Source: Nitrosopumilus maritimus SCM1 (GTDB lineage: Archaea > Thermoproteota > Nitrososphaeria > Nitrososphaerales > Nitrosopumilaceae). Taken from it: a DNA stretch of 32,000 nt. Positions within the stretch are counted from its first letter, which is position 1. Each line of letters starts with the position of its first letter. Shown here piece after piece: positions 31,905-32,000 of this stretch. Both the position numbers and the translations under genes were made by a program. The DNA is taken from the NCBI RefSeq assembly GCF_000018465.1, contig NC_010085.1, positions 1,350,001-1,382,000 of the forward strand. Reading direction: 5' to 3'. The notes below the pieces were generated by a model that saw only the letters and a program-made list of their open reading frames with translations, was not told where the DNA came from and ran no database searches.

Positions 31905-32000
31905 TTGAAATGCCTTTCAGTATCTCAACCATTTGCTGAATTAATCATTTTAGGAAAAAAAACAATAGAGTTACGCAAATGGAATACAAACTATCGTGGA
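31905..32000 (+). CDS. ASCH-domain protein, N-terminal fragment (runs off window)
   Basis: Not in the track. The frame from TTG 31905 reads LKCLSVSQPFAELIILGKKTIELRKWNTNYRG, the typical ASCH N-terminus (S..QP.A..I..G.K..E.R.W). The ATG at 31910 is in a frame that stops after 9 codons. Confidence 0.5.
   Translation, partial: MKCLSVSQPFAELIILGKKTIELRKWNTNYRG

Overview
This AT-rich archaeal chromosome segment reads as a Nitrosopumilus-type ammonia-oxidising thaumarchaeon. All family calls come from reading the track translations and raw sequence by eye; no searches were run.

The centre carries the archaeal ammonia monooxygenase cluster. amoA, amoX and amoC lie on the minus strand (17.2-19.1 kb) and amoB is divergent on the plus strand (19.3-19.9 kb). 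Four small ORFs follow, two of them small membrane proteins.

The rest is mostly housekeeping:
- Metabolism and tRNA charging: aconitase, PheRS alpha and beta, TrpRS, SerRS and archaeal PPAT.
- Ribosome and replication: ribosomal proteins S15 and S3Ae, a RecJ/Cdc45-like DHH nuclease and Pcc1.
- Four tRNAs: Ala-UGC, Ile-GAU, Thr-GGU and a 124-nt Leu-UAA that needs two introns.
- Other: a thioredoxin-fold protein and a Dam-family methyltransferase beside amoA.
- A same-strand block at 26.4-32.0 kb: GGR-like flavoprotein, CbbQ/NorQ-type AAA+ ATPase, VWA protein, a PLP enzyme fused to rhodanese, and an ASCH protein.

I found no rRNA, CRISPR array, transposase, integrase or recognisable defence island, and no clear-cut novel multi-gene system.

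The observations most worth a second look are:
1. A G+C-rich intergenic island (5266-5420, minus strand) that folds as a two-hairpin H/ACA-type guide RNA with kink-turns and ACA boxes.
2. A 24-nt identical element directly downstream of both the amoA and amoB stop codons, with related T-rich motifs after other cluster genes.
3. A 19/20-identical box upstream of the two small membrane-protein genes. Its GATC(C)TC core recurs upstream of amoA and amoB, next to an orphan Dam-family methyltransferase.
4. A CbbQ/NorQ-like ATPase plus VWA pair with no obvious client enzyme.
5. An Arg/Asp/Ser-repeat protein with three zinc ribbons.
6. A possible C/D box sRNA.

All functional interpretations of these are hypotheses.
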